A stretch of 64,000 nucleotides of DNA from Octopus sinensis (GCF_006345805.1 NC_043022.1:24056001-24120000); one strand, 5' to 3'; shown: positions 39,139-52,175, counted from the first letter of the stretch. Notes: generated from the letters alone by a model not told the origin. A program made the numbers and translations.

Positions 39139-41401
39139 CTAGTCCATCCGACAGAGCTCTTGGAAATGTACGGCAACGTTTCTTTCTCTTTTGTGAGGAC
39201 AGGATCGTCTCGGCGTGGAAGTGCTCTGGGAGAGGGCGGCGTTCGTTTTGGGGCTTCACGAACTATAGGCGGCACTGGTGGTGGTGGTGGCGGCGGTTGC
39301 TGTTGAATTGATGAAGCAGCTTTTGACTGGGGGGAGGGACTCTTCAGATGGGGAGAAGGAGACAAGATAACTGAGGGGGCTGGAGGAAGGGGAGGTGGAG
39401 GTGGTAGAGGAGGCTTTGATGGCGGAGTTGGAGGTGTTGGCCCATTGACTGACAGTGATGGCAAGGGCGGAGTGTTGCTAGGGTGAGCAAGGTTGGAGGT
39501 GTGGTGGGTCAAAGAGGAACTAGGATAAGAACTAAGAGAATTAGAAAGAGGATGCACGGAGTGTGGGTGGGCAGAATGAGGGTGAGTGTGACTTGAGTGA
39601 ACAGAGTGGGAGTGGGATGAATGAGAAGTTGAATGGGTAGTAGTTATGTGAAGTGTTGAGTGAGATGGACCCAAGTGAGTTGAGCCCGGGTGCGACGAGC
39701 TCGAGTGAGATGTGCCTGAATGAGACGGGCCCGAGTGTGATGGGCCTGAATGAGATGAGCCCGAATGAGATGGCCCCGAGTGAGACGGGCCTGAATGAGA
39801 AGTTCCTACGTAGGAAGGGCCAGAATGGGAAGAGCCCGACTGAGATAGCCCCGAATGAGATGAGCCAGAGTGGGAGGAGCCAGAGTGAGAGGAGCCAGAG
39901 TGTAATGGACCGGTGTGGGAAGGTCCCGAATGCGATGGACCTGAATGAGAAGGTCCTGAATGTGATGGACCAGAGTGGGAGGGTCCCGAGTGCGTGGGTG
40001 CCGAGTGTGGCAGAGCAGAGTGGGTGGGTCCCGAGTGTGGCAGAGCAGAGTGGGTGGGCCCCGAGTGTGGTAGACCAGAGAGGGAGGATCCTGAGTGTGA
40101 CGGACCAGAGTGGGTGGGTCCTGGGTGAGAAGGACCGGAGTGGGTTGGTCCCGAATGTGATGGACCAGAATGCGTGGGTCCCGAGTGTGAGGGACCAGAG
40201 TGGGAGGGTCCCGAGTGAGAAGGACCAGAGTGGGAGGACCCTGAGTGAGAAGGACCCGAGTGGGAAGGTCCTGAGTGTGATGGACCAGAGTGAGACGGTC
40301 CTGAGTGAGAAGGACCGGAGTGAGAGGACCCTGAATGAGAGGACCCTGAGTGTGATGGACCAGAGTGGGTGGGTCCCGAGTGTGAAAGAGCTGAATTTGA
40401 AAGGTTCGAGAAAGAGTGGGTTAAGTGGGCATGAGTGGAGTGTGGGATTGTATAGTGAGTTGAGTGTGGGTTGGAATAATGAGGCAGAGAGTTGTGTGGC
40501 AAGGAGTTGTGAGAGTTATGTGAGAGTGTGTTGTGTGACTGTGTGTTGTGAGATGGTGTGTTATGTGGCTGTGTGTTGTGTGACTGTGTGTTGTGGGGCT
40601 GTGTGTTGTGGGGTAGTGTGTTATGGGACTGTGTTATGTGAGGTTGTGTGTTGTGTGGTTGGTTGCTGTGATGTTGTGTGTTGTGGAGTTGTGTGGTATG
40701 TGCTTGGTTGCTGTGAGGCTGTGTGTTGTGTTGTGGGTTGTTGTGAGGCTGTGTGTTGTATGGCTGTGAGTTGTGTGACAGGGAGTTGTGAGGCAGTGAG
40801 CTGTGTGGCAACGAGTTGTGTTGTTGTTGTTGTTGCTGCTGTTGTTGTTGTATTGTACTGTGTGCTAAGTTGTGTGGCTGGGAATGGTTGGGCAGAGAGT
40901 TGTGAGCAACGGTGCCAGATGAGGCCGAGGACGAGAATGTCGGGTGGGGAAAAGTCGGTGGAAGAGCTGTGGTGGGAAATGTGTTTGTGTTGTTGTTATT
41001 GTTGCTGTTGTTGTTGTTAGAGTTGCTGGCGTTATGTGGCTGAGGTGTAGAGACCGAGGCAGATACACTGCAACTGGGAGAGTTAGAAGTCGTGCCGGGA
41101 CTTGCAGCAATCGCAGAGCTGCTTGTTAGAGTTGTTGGTGAGTTGGTTGCGTGGGCGATGACAGCTACAGTGGGCGTGGCAGTGATGCTGGTGGCGGGAT
41201 TACCAGCGGTCAACGGGCTGCGTGTGCTGAAAGTATTGGTAGTTGTAGCTGGCACTGCAGTCACGCAGTTGCCGCTAACGCGGTTACTGTTGCTACTACA
41301 ACTGCTACTGCAGGTACTGATAACCCCACATATGGTGGTGATTGTTGTAGTAGTAGTAGTAGTAGTTGTTGTAGTTGTGGTAGTGGCAAGGTTACAGTTT
41401 C
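39139..41401 (-). CDS. AUTS2: AUTS2-like giant low-complexity exon (2263 nt; poly-T, poly-N, poly-Q, HNTQP and HSGPS arrays, Pro-rich), phase 1->2
   Basis: Lies within the 790-aa ORF 39135-41507. Acceptor tttttgcag|GA, donor ACTAG|gtaagg. Phases fit both neighbouring exons. Confidence 0.85.
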
Positions 41402-41676
41402 CTGCAAAAATATAAAAAAAACACATTGTCATTAATAACATCATAAGGTGGTAAGCATACCAGTCAAAACACTTAGTGCATTTCATCATCATCATCATCA
41501 TCATCATGCTGCTGGATTGGGTTGGGCAGTTTGATCAGAGCTGGCAAGATGGGGAGCTGCACCAGACTCTAGTCTAACTTGGTATGGTTTCTACAGCTGG
41601 ATGCCCTTCCTAACGCCAACCCTTTACAGAATGTGCTGGGTGCTTTTACATGGCACCGCACGGGCGCTTTATATAT

Positions 41677-41908
41677 ATTTCTTTATTACCCACAAGGGGC
41701 TAAACACAGAGGGGACAAACAGGGACAGACAAACAGATTAAGTCGATTACATCAACCCCAGTGCGTAACTGGTACTTAATTTATCAACCCCGAAAGGATG
41801 AAAGGCAAAGTCAACCTCAGCGGAATTTGAACCCAGAACATAGCGGCAGACGAAATACAGCTAAGCATTTCGCCCGGCATGCTAACATTTCTGCCAGCTT
41901 GTCGCCTT
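41677..41908 (-). mobile_element. SINE family B monomer
   Basis: Full head-to-tail match, head-to-head with the family C copy at 41931. Confidence 0.82.
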
Positions 41909-41930
41909 TTAATATATATATATATATGTG

Positions 41931-42232
41931 TTGGAGGCACAATGGCCTAGTTGTCAGGGCAGCGGACTCGCGGTTGTAGGATAGCGGTTTCGATTCCCAG
42001 ACCGGGCGTTGTGAGTGTTTATTGAGCAAAAACACCTAAAGCTCCACGAGGCTCTGGCAGGGGGTGGTGGCGATCCCTGCTGTACTCTTTCGCCACGACT
42101 TTCTCTCACTCTTTCTTCTGTTGGCCTGCTCGATTAGCCAGCAGGGTGGCATCATTTGAATGCTAAAACAATGCGAAGCACATTGTGACCAGCGATGTGT
42201 AGCAACATCTGAAAGCCTGGTCAGTCACCGTG
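41931..42232 (+). mobile_element. SINE family C, full length
   Basis: Matches 1491-1791 end to end. Confidence 0.85.
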
Positions 42233-42267
<35 letters not shown>

Positions 42268-43200
42268 ATATATCTTCTGAGTTTAAATACTGCTGAGGTC
42301 GACTGCCTTTCATCCCTTTGGGAGCAATGAAATAAGTACTAACTGAGCACTGGGGTCAATGTAATTGAGGGGCTTCCTCCCCTAAAATTTGGGGCTTTCT
42401 ACATATTATAAATAGTATTATTAATAACAGCATATCATCATCATCATCACCACTTCAAACAAATAGTCAATTAAGGCAGCCTTTATATAGCCATTTGACC
42501 TGCTAAAAACAACCAAATCTCCTTCAATTTGTACCCTACTATCTTTAGGAAAGAAAGATACACTGGACAATGTAGGATGAAAGGCAAAATTGACCTTGGT
42601 GGAGCTTGAAGAAAGTTTGCTTTCCAACCACATGGTTCTTGATTCAGTGCCACCATGGGTAAGTGGCTTCTACTATAACCCTGGCACAAACAAAGCTTTG
42701 TGAGAGGGTCTGGTAGATGAAAACTGAAAGAAGACTACCATTCACACACGCACATGTATATATGTAGTATCTTTCTTCTCCACTACTGCTTGATAACTAG
42801 TGCTAGTTTGTTTACATCCCTATAACTTAGTGGTTTAGCAGAAAAGGGACCAACAGAATAAGTAACAGGCTTTAAAAATAAGTAATGGGATCAATATATT
42901 TGAAGAAAACTTTTCAAGGTAGCACCCCATTGTGACAGCAGTCCAATAACACAAGCAAGTAAAAAAAAAAAAAAGTAGCAAAAAGAAAAAAAGACGGAAA
43001 GAAAAGAAGGGAATTCATAATGATAATAAAATAAAAAAGTGAGCCTGCATTGCATTTGAACTTAAAAATACAGAACTGAACACCAACGTGTCTGATGCTC
43101 TACTAATTCTGCTATCCAAATATCATCATCATTTAACATTGTTTTTCCAAGCTGGCCAACGAGAGGGCCACCCCAAGCTCCATTTGTCTGTTTTTATGTA

Positions 43201-43776
43201 AGGGCGGCGAGCTGGCAGAAACGTTAGCACGCCGGGCGAAATGCTCTGCAGTATTTCGTCTGCTGTTACGTTCTGAGTTCAAATACCGCCGAGGTCGACT
43301 TTGCCTTTCATCCTTTCGGGGTCGATAAATAAAATACCGGTTGAGCACTGGGGTCGATGTAATCGACTTAATCCGTTTGTCTGTCTTTGTTTGTCCCCTC
43401 TGTGTTTAGTCCCTTGTGGGTAGTAAAGAAATAGGTATTTTGTCTGCCGCTACGTTCTGAGTTCAAATTCCGCTGAGGTCAACTTCGCCTTTCATCCTTT
43501 TGGAGTCGATTAAATAAGTACCAGTTATGCACTGGGGTCGATATAATCGACTTAATCCATTTGTCTGTCTTTGTTTGTCCCCTTGTGGGTAGTAAAGAAA
43601 TAGGTATTTCGTCTGCTGCTACGTTATGAGTTCAAATTCCGCTGAGGTCGACTTTGCCTTTCATCCTTTCAGGGTCGATAAATAAAGTACCAGTTGAGCA
43701 CTGGGGGTCGATGTAATCGACTTAATCCCTTTGTCTGTCCCCTCTATGTTTAGCCCCTCGTGGGCAATAAAGAAAT
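43201..43776 (+). mobile_element. SINE family B trimer (one head plus three tandem bodies)
   Basis: Units restart with GGTATTT at 43434 and 43603, each after AAAGAAATA. Confidence 0.85.
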
Positions 43777-45797
43777 AAGTGCTTTTTATGTGACTCCTGG
43801 CACAGGTGTTTTTATGTGGCACACCAGCATGGGAACTTTTTACGCGGCACCAACACGGGTACATCTATGTGGTACTGGCGCTTTTATGTGGAACTGGAAT
43901 GATTCCTTTATGTGTGTCACTGATATAGGTGCTTTCAACGTGGAATTGGTATGAGTGCTATTTCTTGGCAGATAGAAATCTAATTTCTAAGAGAGGCCAA
44001 ATATTTATTATATCATCATAGTTTTTCCCTTTCACAGATATAAACTCAGTTCGAGATTTTTTCTTTTTATCTTTTCTTTTTTTCAGCCAAATTACATCAT
44101 GCTAAGTGCAGGAAAAATACACAACACACGTACACAGATGAGTGAAGAGGTGGCGTGGGATGGGCAGGCATGGAGTGCGCAGGGGTGTGTATGTAATAAG
44201 ATAGAATTAATTAAAATAGAAACAAGCAGCAAGTGGTTACTGTTTAAGGCTGATAACCTTAGGTCAGGCAACAAGAAGACACACACACTGACCTCACAAC
44301 AATCCCACTTGCAAAACAAGAAGGGTCACCAACAGTAGGTGGTTGTGCCTAGGACAAGGGGAGTTAAGTGCCAAGAGAAAACTTCTCTCAAATTACAGTG
44401 TGTGTGTGTGTATTATCACTGATTCATTCACCACCGCACACCTTCCACTTCATGTATGGGAGACAACGAATGAGTGGGGAGGTACAGGTAAAGGTGTGGG
44501 TGGTGGTAGTGGTGGTGGTAGTTAGATCTGCTTTCATAGACAACAAAAGAGCAGTTGTATGACATGTGACGTTGCACAGCTGACAATGTGTGGTGGGGGA
44601 GGAAGTAGCTGTAGTGATGATGTTGTTGTGGTGGTGGTGGATGGTAGCTATGGTACAGTTAGGTGCCAGTAGAATGGATAAGCAAAGGTAGCTAGAGTAG
44701 GGGTAGGTGGTGGTGGTGATGCTGCAGTGGGTGTTATGAAGACATGATGCAACTGAAGAATAGAGGCAAACCAAAAGTTAAGCTTGCTTTCCAACCACAT
44801 GGTTCTGAGTTCAATCCCACTGCACGGCACCTTTGGGCAAGTGTTTTCTACTACAGCCCTGAGCAAACCAAAGCCTTGAGAGTGGATATGGTAAATGGAA
44901 ACTGAAAGAAGTACATCATGTGTGTGTGTGTGTGTGTGTGTGGCCCTCGCTGTTGATTTATGTCTCTGTAACTTAGCAGCTCAGCATAAGAGACTAATAG
45001 AATAAATTCTAGGCTTAATATATAAGTAATTGGGGGCAACTTGTTTGATTAAAACTCATCATGCCAGTGCTCCAGCATGGCACCAGTTCAATGACTGAAA
45101 TAAGTAAGCGACAAAAAGATATACCTTTAACAGAGAGAGAGAGTATAAAGGAGGCATGTGGCTTAGTGGTTAGGGTGCTGAACTCATAATCGTATGGTTG
45201 TGGTTTCAATTCCTGGACCAGGTTGATACGTTTGTTCTTGAGCAAAATACTTCACTTCACGTTGCTTTCAGTTCACTCAGTTGGCAAAGATGAGTAATCC
45301 TGCAACAGACTGGCGCCCTGTCCAGGGGGGAAAATATATGTGCCACAGAAACCAACCCTATGGGTCTATACAAGCCTTTTTTTTTTGTTTTAGCACTAGT
45401 GCCACATAAAAAGCACTAGTGTTGGCGTCATGTAAAATGTACCCAGGACACTCTGTAAAGTGGCTGGCATTAAGAAATAGAAACCACCCCAGAACAGTCA
45501 ATGGTGCCTGATGTGGGTATTGGCCTTGCCAGCTCCAATCAAACATCCAACGAATGAGAGCATGGAAACCAGACATTAAATCATGAAGAAGAAAGAAGAG
45601 GGGTATATGTATGAAAAAGAAGATAGAGAATGCACTTCATGCAAAAAACCAGGGTATCACAAAACATATGCAATGATGATGATAATGAGTAATTATAATT
45701 ATAACAATAATAGCAATAATAAAAATAAGTAAATCAATACTATCAACCCCAGTACATGACACACACACACATATATATAGTCTTAGTGCCAACTTAC

Positions 45798-45840
45798 TTT
45801 TATGATTTATCGTAAATAGATCAGATTCCACATCCGACGC
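45798..45840 (-). CDS. AUTS2: AUTS2-like, most 5' coding exon identified (ASDVESDLFTINHK), phase 0->1
   Basis: Acceptor ttttcctttcatttcag|GCG, donor AAAA|gtaagt. The peptide resembles vertebrate AUTS2 ASDASSEKLFNTVIVNK (recalled). Its phase joins the 41401 exon. Confidence 0.7.
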
Positions 45841-47045
45841 CTGAAATGAAAGGAAAAAAATTATTAGAGATATACAGAAAACTGTCATAAAAAGGTAGTC
45901 AAAAATCAGAAAATAAGTAAATGATTGCTAGAAATATACAGACAACTACTAAAAATATGTAAGCAAAAGTTAGAAAATGTGTGGACAACTGCAAGAAATC
46001 TGTTGACAAAAATGCAAAAAACTGTTTCAGAATAATTGCTAGAAATATGTGGTGCAGGCATTATTAATTCGGAAATAATAAAGGCACAGTTATCACATGT
46101 TATTTTAAAATAGGTGAACTATGATGAGGGACCACAACCTGTCAGAGTGCAAAGAGACTTTTTAGAGGCATAGGAGGAGCACATTTCCCAGTATCAGTGT
46201 GTTTGTTGTAAAGAATATAGATTTAATGGCAAGGGTGGCCCAAGATCATTGGTTTCTTCAGCTGCAGGAAGCCGAGGAAAACCCAGTCTGTTTGAAACTA
46301 TGTAAGAGTTAACTGCCATAATTTGCTTTTCTCTCTCACTGTCATCTGTCTCCCTGGATTTATTCACAAGGGATCAGGGCAATACACACAAGGCCCCATA
46401 ACCGTGGTAAGGGTGACCAATTCACTCCTTTACAAAAGATCCATCATTCCCAAAGGAGTCACCATTTCAAGTATTTCCAGGTTCCTGAGCACTACAGCTG
46501 GATAGGAACTGACCCTCTGATAGGTTTATGCATCTTTTTGATGGGGCTTAGGGTCTGCCCTGCTGGGTTTCTAGCAACCCTCCTCTCCAGCAAAGCATAG
46601 TGGGTCTCCTGATTTAGTTGCTGATGACTGTGTAACAGGTTGTACTGGATTACTTGCTACCTGAAGCATTCAAAATAATACACACAAAGAGACACAGCTG
46701 TATGATTTTGAGAAGTTTGCTTCAGATGGTGTCAGGTTCAAGTCCAAACCATGTGGTGACTTTGGTAAGTAACTTGTAAGCGACATGTGGTTCACAGAAA
46801 CTGTGCTGAAGCCTACTGAAGGGACAATTACTGTTCTTGGATTGTGGAATTAATCCTCTACCAGGTTGTCAACCGACCCTTGGTTGTCTTTAACAGGATC
46901 GGCACTGTTGCATGTGTTTGGGTCAGATCTGCAATCAAACTCATCTCTTAACAACTATTAAAAGAGTTTCAAATTGTCAGAAATATGTGGACAAATTGCG
47001 AGAGACATGAGGACAGCTGCTAGAGACATGGACAACTGCTCTAAC

Positions 47046-47300
47046 ATCGCTTCACTGGCACGAGTAAAAAGATTCGAGCGAGGTCATTGCCAGTACCGCC
47101 TGACTGGCCCCCGTGCAGGTGGCACGTAAAAAGCACCCACTACACTCTCGGAGTGGTTGGTGTCAGGAAGGGTATCGAGCTGTAGAAACTCTGCCAGATC
47201 AAGATTGGAGCCTGGTGCAGCCATCTGGTTCGCCAGCCCTCAGTCAAATCGTCCAACCCATGCTAGCATGGAAAGCGGACGTTAAATAATGATGATGATG
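47046..47300 (+). mobile_element. Retroposon family D, ending CATGGAAAGCGGACGTTAAA(T/C)GATGATG
   Basis: Matches 53338-53525 (-), 57680-58096 (-) and 63745-64000 (+). Decayed relatives at ~15960-16295, 17208-17504, 41490-41660, 51100-51540 and 63500-63720. Confidence 0.75.
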
Positions 47301-49109
47301 CTAGGGATATAAGGACAATTATTGCAAGAACTATGTGGACAATTGGTTGGACAACTGCTTGAAATATCTGATAAGTAAGAAAACAACACATATACAGACA
47401 CACACAGAGTTGTATACAAACATATACATTCATATATAACAGAGATGTTAGAATGAATAAATGGAGCAAATTGTTGTCAAAGGAAACAAACAGTGAAAGT
47501 AGGCTGTATAGTCATAATGTAATCAACTAATTAATAGGTCTCTCTCACTTTCACATTGTATGGGTCTGGTGGAGGTGGTTGGGAACGAGAAAGTGAATGG
47601 ACCAGTAACCAAGACGAAATTTTTCTCTATGAAAACCTCACCCCGGTGGAAGCTTTGTTTTTCAACTGCCACACACACACACATACATATATACACACAC
47701 AGAAGCACATGTACAGATAGTTACACAAACCTGCAGGCATGGGGAGAGAGAGAAACAGAGAGAGCAAGGGAAGCGGAGAGGGTGAAGAAGACACATAGGA
47801 GAGAGAGAGAGAGAGAGAGAGAGAATCAGACAAATAGGACACAGACAGAGAAAGGAAGAGAAAAGGGAGAAAAAGAGACAGAGAGGAAAGTAGAGAGAGA
47901 GAGAGAGAATGGTACTCTGTCAGAGAAGAAGATGAAGTGAAATGCAATGAAATTTGCTGAAGATATGTTCTAATTATCGATTGATCTTCTCCCAAGTTGC
48001 CGTGATTGGTCTGTGCTAATTAACGATTAGCTTAGTGACAGAGCTATTGATTAATTAGCATGTTATCCGTGATACGAAAATAATAATTTCTGCTGAAACG
48101 ATAGTAATGACCACTGGCACATTTGAAGAAATAGGAAAGGTTTTGAAGCTATGTAAACACTGGGGGGAGAGAGGGAGAGAGGGGGGGGAGAGATGAGAGA
48201 GAGAGGGAAGGAGAGATGAGAAAGAGAGAGAGAGGGAGGGAAGAGAGATGAGAGAGAGAGGAAGGGAGAGAGAGGGAAGAGAGATGAGGGAGGGAGAGAG
48301 AGAACAAGAGACAGAAAGGGATAGAGAGAGAGCAAAGAGATTGATAGAAACGAGGTTAGTGTGAAAGGAGAAGGGAGATGGGAGTGGAGGAGAAGGGAAC
48401 TGGGATCGAAACTCATTAATCGCATTAGTCATTGCATTACATTTATTGATAATTAACTCATACCCAGCCATAACTCTTAACGAGCCACATGGTCCTGCTC
48501 GCCGAACCCACTCCACCTCTCCTTTTTATTACATATCGTAATCCTGAAATTACATTATCACACGAATGCAGATATTATTATCACTGACCGTTGGGAAGAG
48601 GAGAGAAGGGTTGTTACTAGGCAGTGTTAATCCTAAACACAGTTATCATTACACAGGGGCTAATCCCAAACACACACACACACAGGGCTAAGGTATATCT
48701 TTTATTGCTTATTTGTTTCAGGCTTAGAGTGCGGCCATGCTGGGGCACCGGCTTGAAGGGTTTAGTCATAACAAATTGATCTCTGTAATTGTTTTTAAGC
48801 CTGATACTTTCTATTGGTCTCTAAAACTGCTTAGTTATAGGGATGTCAACAAATCAATATCAGTTGTTGTCAAGTGGCAGGGGTGCACAGACACAAACAC
48901 ACACACATATATAAATATAGTTGAGTTTACGTAAAAAACAAAAGACGAAGACACGTGGTGTACAAAACAAATAGATGTATTAGTATAAGGCTCAGGAACA
49001 GAAAAAGTCTTTTACGTTTCGAGCCTATGCACTTCTACAGAAAGGGCCACAGAAAAAACAAGGAGAGAAAAAAATATGCGTAGTGGCTAACGATCTATCT
49101 ATCTATCTA

Positions 49110-49144
<35 letters not shown>

Positions 49145-49654
49145 GTCCCCATAACTTAGTAGTTTGGCAAAAGAGACCAATAGAATAAGTACCAAGTTTA
49201 AGAAAAATAAGTACTGGGGTCGATTCTTTGAGGCAGTGCCCCAGCATGGCCACAGTCTAATGACTGAAACAAGTAAAAGATACAAAATACACACACACAA
49301 ACATGCCAGGCTTCACATACATATGGTGTGTTTCTTTCAGTCTCTGTCAACCAAATTTACTAAGAAGGCTTTTCTTAGAACAAGGCTATAGTAGAAGACA
49401 TTTGTCCAAGGTGCCATGATGTGGGAACTGAACCTGGAACCATGTGGTTGGACAGCAAACTTCTTACCACACAGCAATGCCTGTGTCTATGTGTACATAC
49501 ATTATAATATTATACTTATTTTCTAGAAAGAAAATAATGGAAATTACTCTCTGCTCATTAACAGCTATAATAATATTCTTGTGGCTATATCAATGACCAT
49601 TTGCCCTCTCCCTGTCTCCCTTACACTATGTGTACATAAGATTGTTAACCTATC

Positions 49655-50068
49655 TATTTCTTTACTACCCACAAGGGGCTAAACACAGAGGGGACAAACA
49701 AGGACAGACAAACGGATTAAGTCGATAACATCAACCCCAGTGCGTAACTGGTACTTAATTTATCGACCCCGAAAGGATGAAAAGCAAAGTCGACCTTGGC
49801 AGAATTTGAACTCAGAACATAGCAGCAAATGAAATACCTATTTCTTTACTAACCACAAGGGGCTAAACACAGAGGGGACAAACAAGGACAGACAAACGGA
49901 TTAAGTCGATAACATCGACCCCAGTGCGTAACTGGTACTTAATTTATCGACCCCCGAAAGGATGAAAGGCAAAGTTGACCTCGATGGAATTTGAACCCAG
50001 AACGTAACGGCAGACGAAATACGGCTACGCATTTCGCCCGGCGTGCTAACGTTTCTGCCAGCTCGCCT
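49655..50068 (-). mobile_element. SINE family B dimer with a 16-bp TSD
   Basis: AGATTGTTAACCTATC at 49639-49654 and 50069-50084 flanks the whole dimer. Confidence 0.88.
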
Positions 50069-50801
50069 AGATTGTTAACCTATCATCCTGCAAATGCCAT
50101 TGTGGTCTACTTTGTTGTATGCGTTTGAATAAATTATCCAGCCTGGGATGGCGGGGGGTGGGGGTAAGAAGAAAAATACTATACCAGAGAAATAGCTTAT
50201 CTCCTAGCTGTTTCTAAGACCTAGTACCACACAAGGCTATCAATCAGCCGATCCTGAAATGCCTGATATCACACGAATCGAGCTAATTCTGTTTACAGTA
50301 ATTTTGAAAGAAATGAGCTACTCACTAACATAAGGAAGAAAGCTGTCTACCAAAGCCTTGTGAGTAGATTGGCACGAGACTATAGAAAGAAGACACCTGC
50401 TCAAGGTGTCATACAGTGGGACTGAACCTGGGACCATGTGGTTAGAAAGCAAACTTCTCACAACACAGCCATGCCCTACATCAATGTTAACAGTTTTTCC
50501 TTCACCCATCAGTCTATGTAGGCCTTGCCATGCTCTGGGTGCCACAACTTTCTCCCCTCACCAAATTAAAACTACATTAATTTGTGTGTTCTTCATGCTT
50601 TAAGATGGTAAGATAACAATTTCAGGGATCTTTGACTGCAATGTTCAGCAGGTCAAATGAACCCCATGTAGAAGTTCTCTGTTTGATTCAATTCCTGTAA
50701 TAGTGTAATCCATATACTGTTGTTCTATGGTACCTTTACTGTGGTGTGGGTATGTGCAGTAAAACTCAGGTTTTGGACTTCAGACATTAAGCACATGAAC
50801 A

Positions 50802-50835
<34 letters not shown>

Positions 50836-52175
50836 GAAAGAGAGAGAGATTGTTACACATGCATAGACACTTACACAGAGTAACTGAAGAAAATCAACAC
50901 TATCTCCGTTTTTATAACATGAAAGATACAAACAAGATGCCGATAAACCTGTAGGACCTTCTAAGAAGAGCCATACACAGAAACTGAAGATATGAAGGGC
51001 AAAGTTCACCTAGGTTAGGTTTAAACCCAAGAACATGAAGAAGAGGGGGAGGCTTTGGAGAAGAATTTCTATTGGAAAAAAAGGACACACATCATCATCA
51101 TCATTTAACTTTCCCCTTCCATGCTGGCTTGGGTTGGATGGTTTGACAGGAACCAGCCAAGTAGAAGACTACTCCTGGCTACTGTGTCTGTTTTGGCAGG
51201 GTTTTTACAGCTGAATGCCATTTCTAAGATCATCCACTCTGCAGAGTGGACTCAGTGCTTCTTACTTGACACCAGCACTGATAATATCGTTTTTGAAGTT
51301 AGATGCCCTTCCAAATGCCAACTAACTACTTTACAGTGTGGATTGGATGCTTTTTAAGTGGGGCAAGCACTGGCAGGGTCACCAAGTAACTTGCAAGACA
51401 AGGAATTTTGAGGGGAGAGAAGGCATTGGAGGAAGGGATCTTGCATCAGATAATGAAAGGTTAGAGTGTGATAGAGAGACAAAGAGGCAGAGACAGGTAG
51501 GAGCACTAGAGGAGGAGATCTTGTGTCAGATGATGAAAGGTTATACTGAAAATGAACTCTCACAAGCAAATACCCATACATGTTAGTGGTTGTTGATAAG
51601 CTTTAAGTGAATTATCATTTAGAGTTGTTTTGATAACAACCATTCCAATTATGACCATCCGGTCTCTTTTTAGGGTTATATATGACAAGAGCTAATGTAG
51701 TTCTTTCTACCAACCAGCTTGAAACGACCAGTACTAAAGTATTTGTATTTAAATTATATTAAATTTGATTGTGATTAAAATCTCATTTGGCCGACTTATA
51801 ATGTTACAAATGGTTTCCTGAATCCTTCCAAAAGCTAATTACATTGAAAATGGAATGAAACACAATCTATTCATTAAAAATACAGTGGCAGGATATGATT
51901 GGAGGGAAATTTGGTTGCTATTTCTAACAAGTCGAGCAATCAGATATAGGTTCCCTTGTATGCTTCAATGGGTGCTTCTTTTAACAGTTCATATAGCAGT
52001 TGAATCTGGTACCTCTAGGTTAATAGGAAATGTTGTTAGAGGAAATATTGTGAGAGGGGTTGATGGTTAATCCCTGCCCTCAAAATTCCTGGCCTTGTGT
52101 CTAAATCAGAAACAGTCACTGCTACTACAACTACTACTAGAAGTTACTTAAGTGGAAGTTGGGGAACAGTAGACA

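Noticed and set aside
39653-41020. 455-aa plus-strand ORF with Cys/Val-rich repeats resembling keratin-associated proteins
   Set aside because: It is the antisense shadow of the HSGPS/HNTQP coding array; the minus frame has splice sites and homology context.
43201-43776. Repeat array superficially like CRISPR or a satellite
   Set aside because: The units are whole SINE bodies without unique spacers, in eukaryotic DNA.
46560-46960. Possible upstream AUTS2 exons (LLRDEFDCRSD... and VASNPVQ...), plus candidates near 47550 and 56370-56425
   Set aside because: Weak donors or in-frame stops and no recognisable homology; cannot be supported without RNA data.
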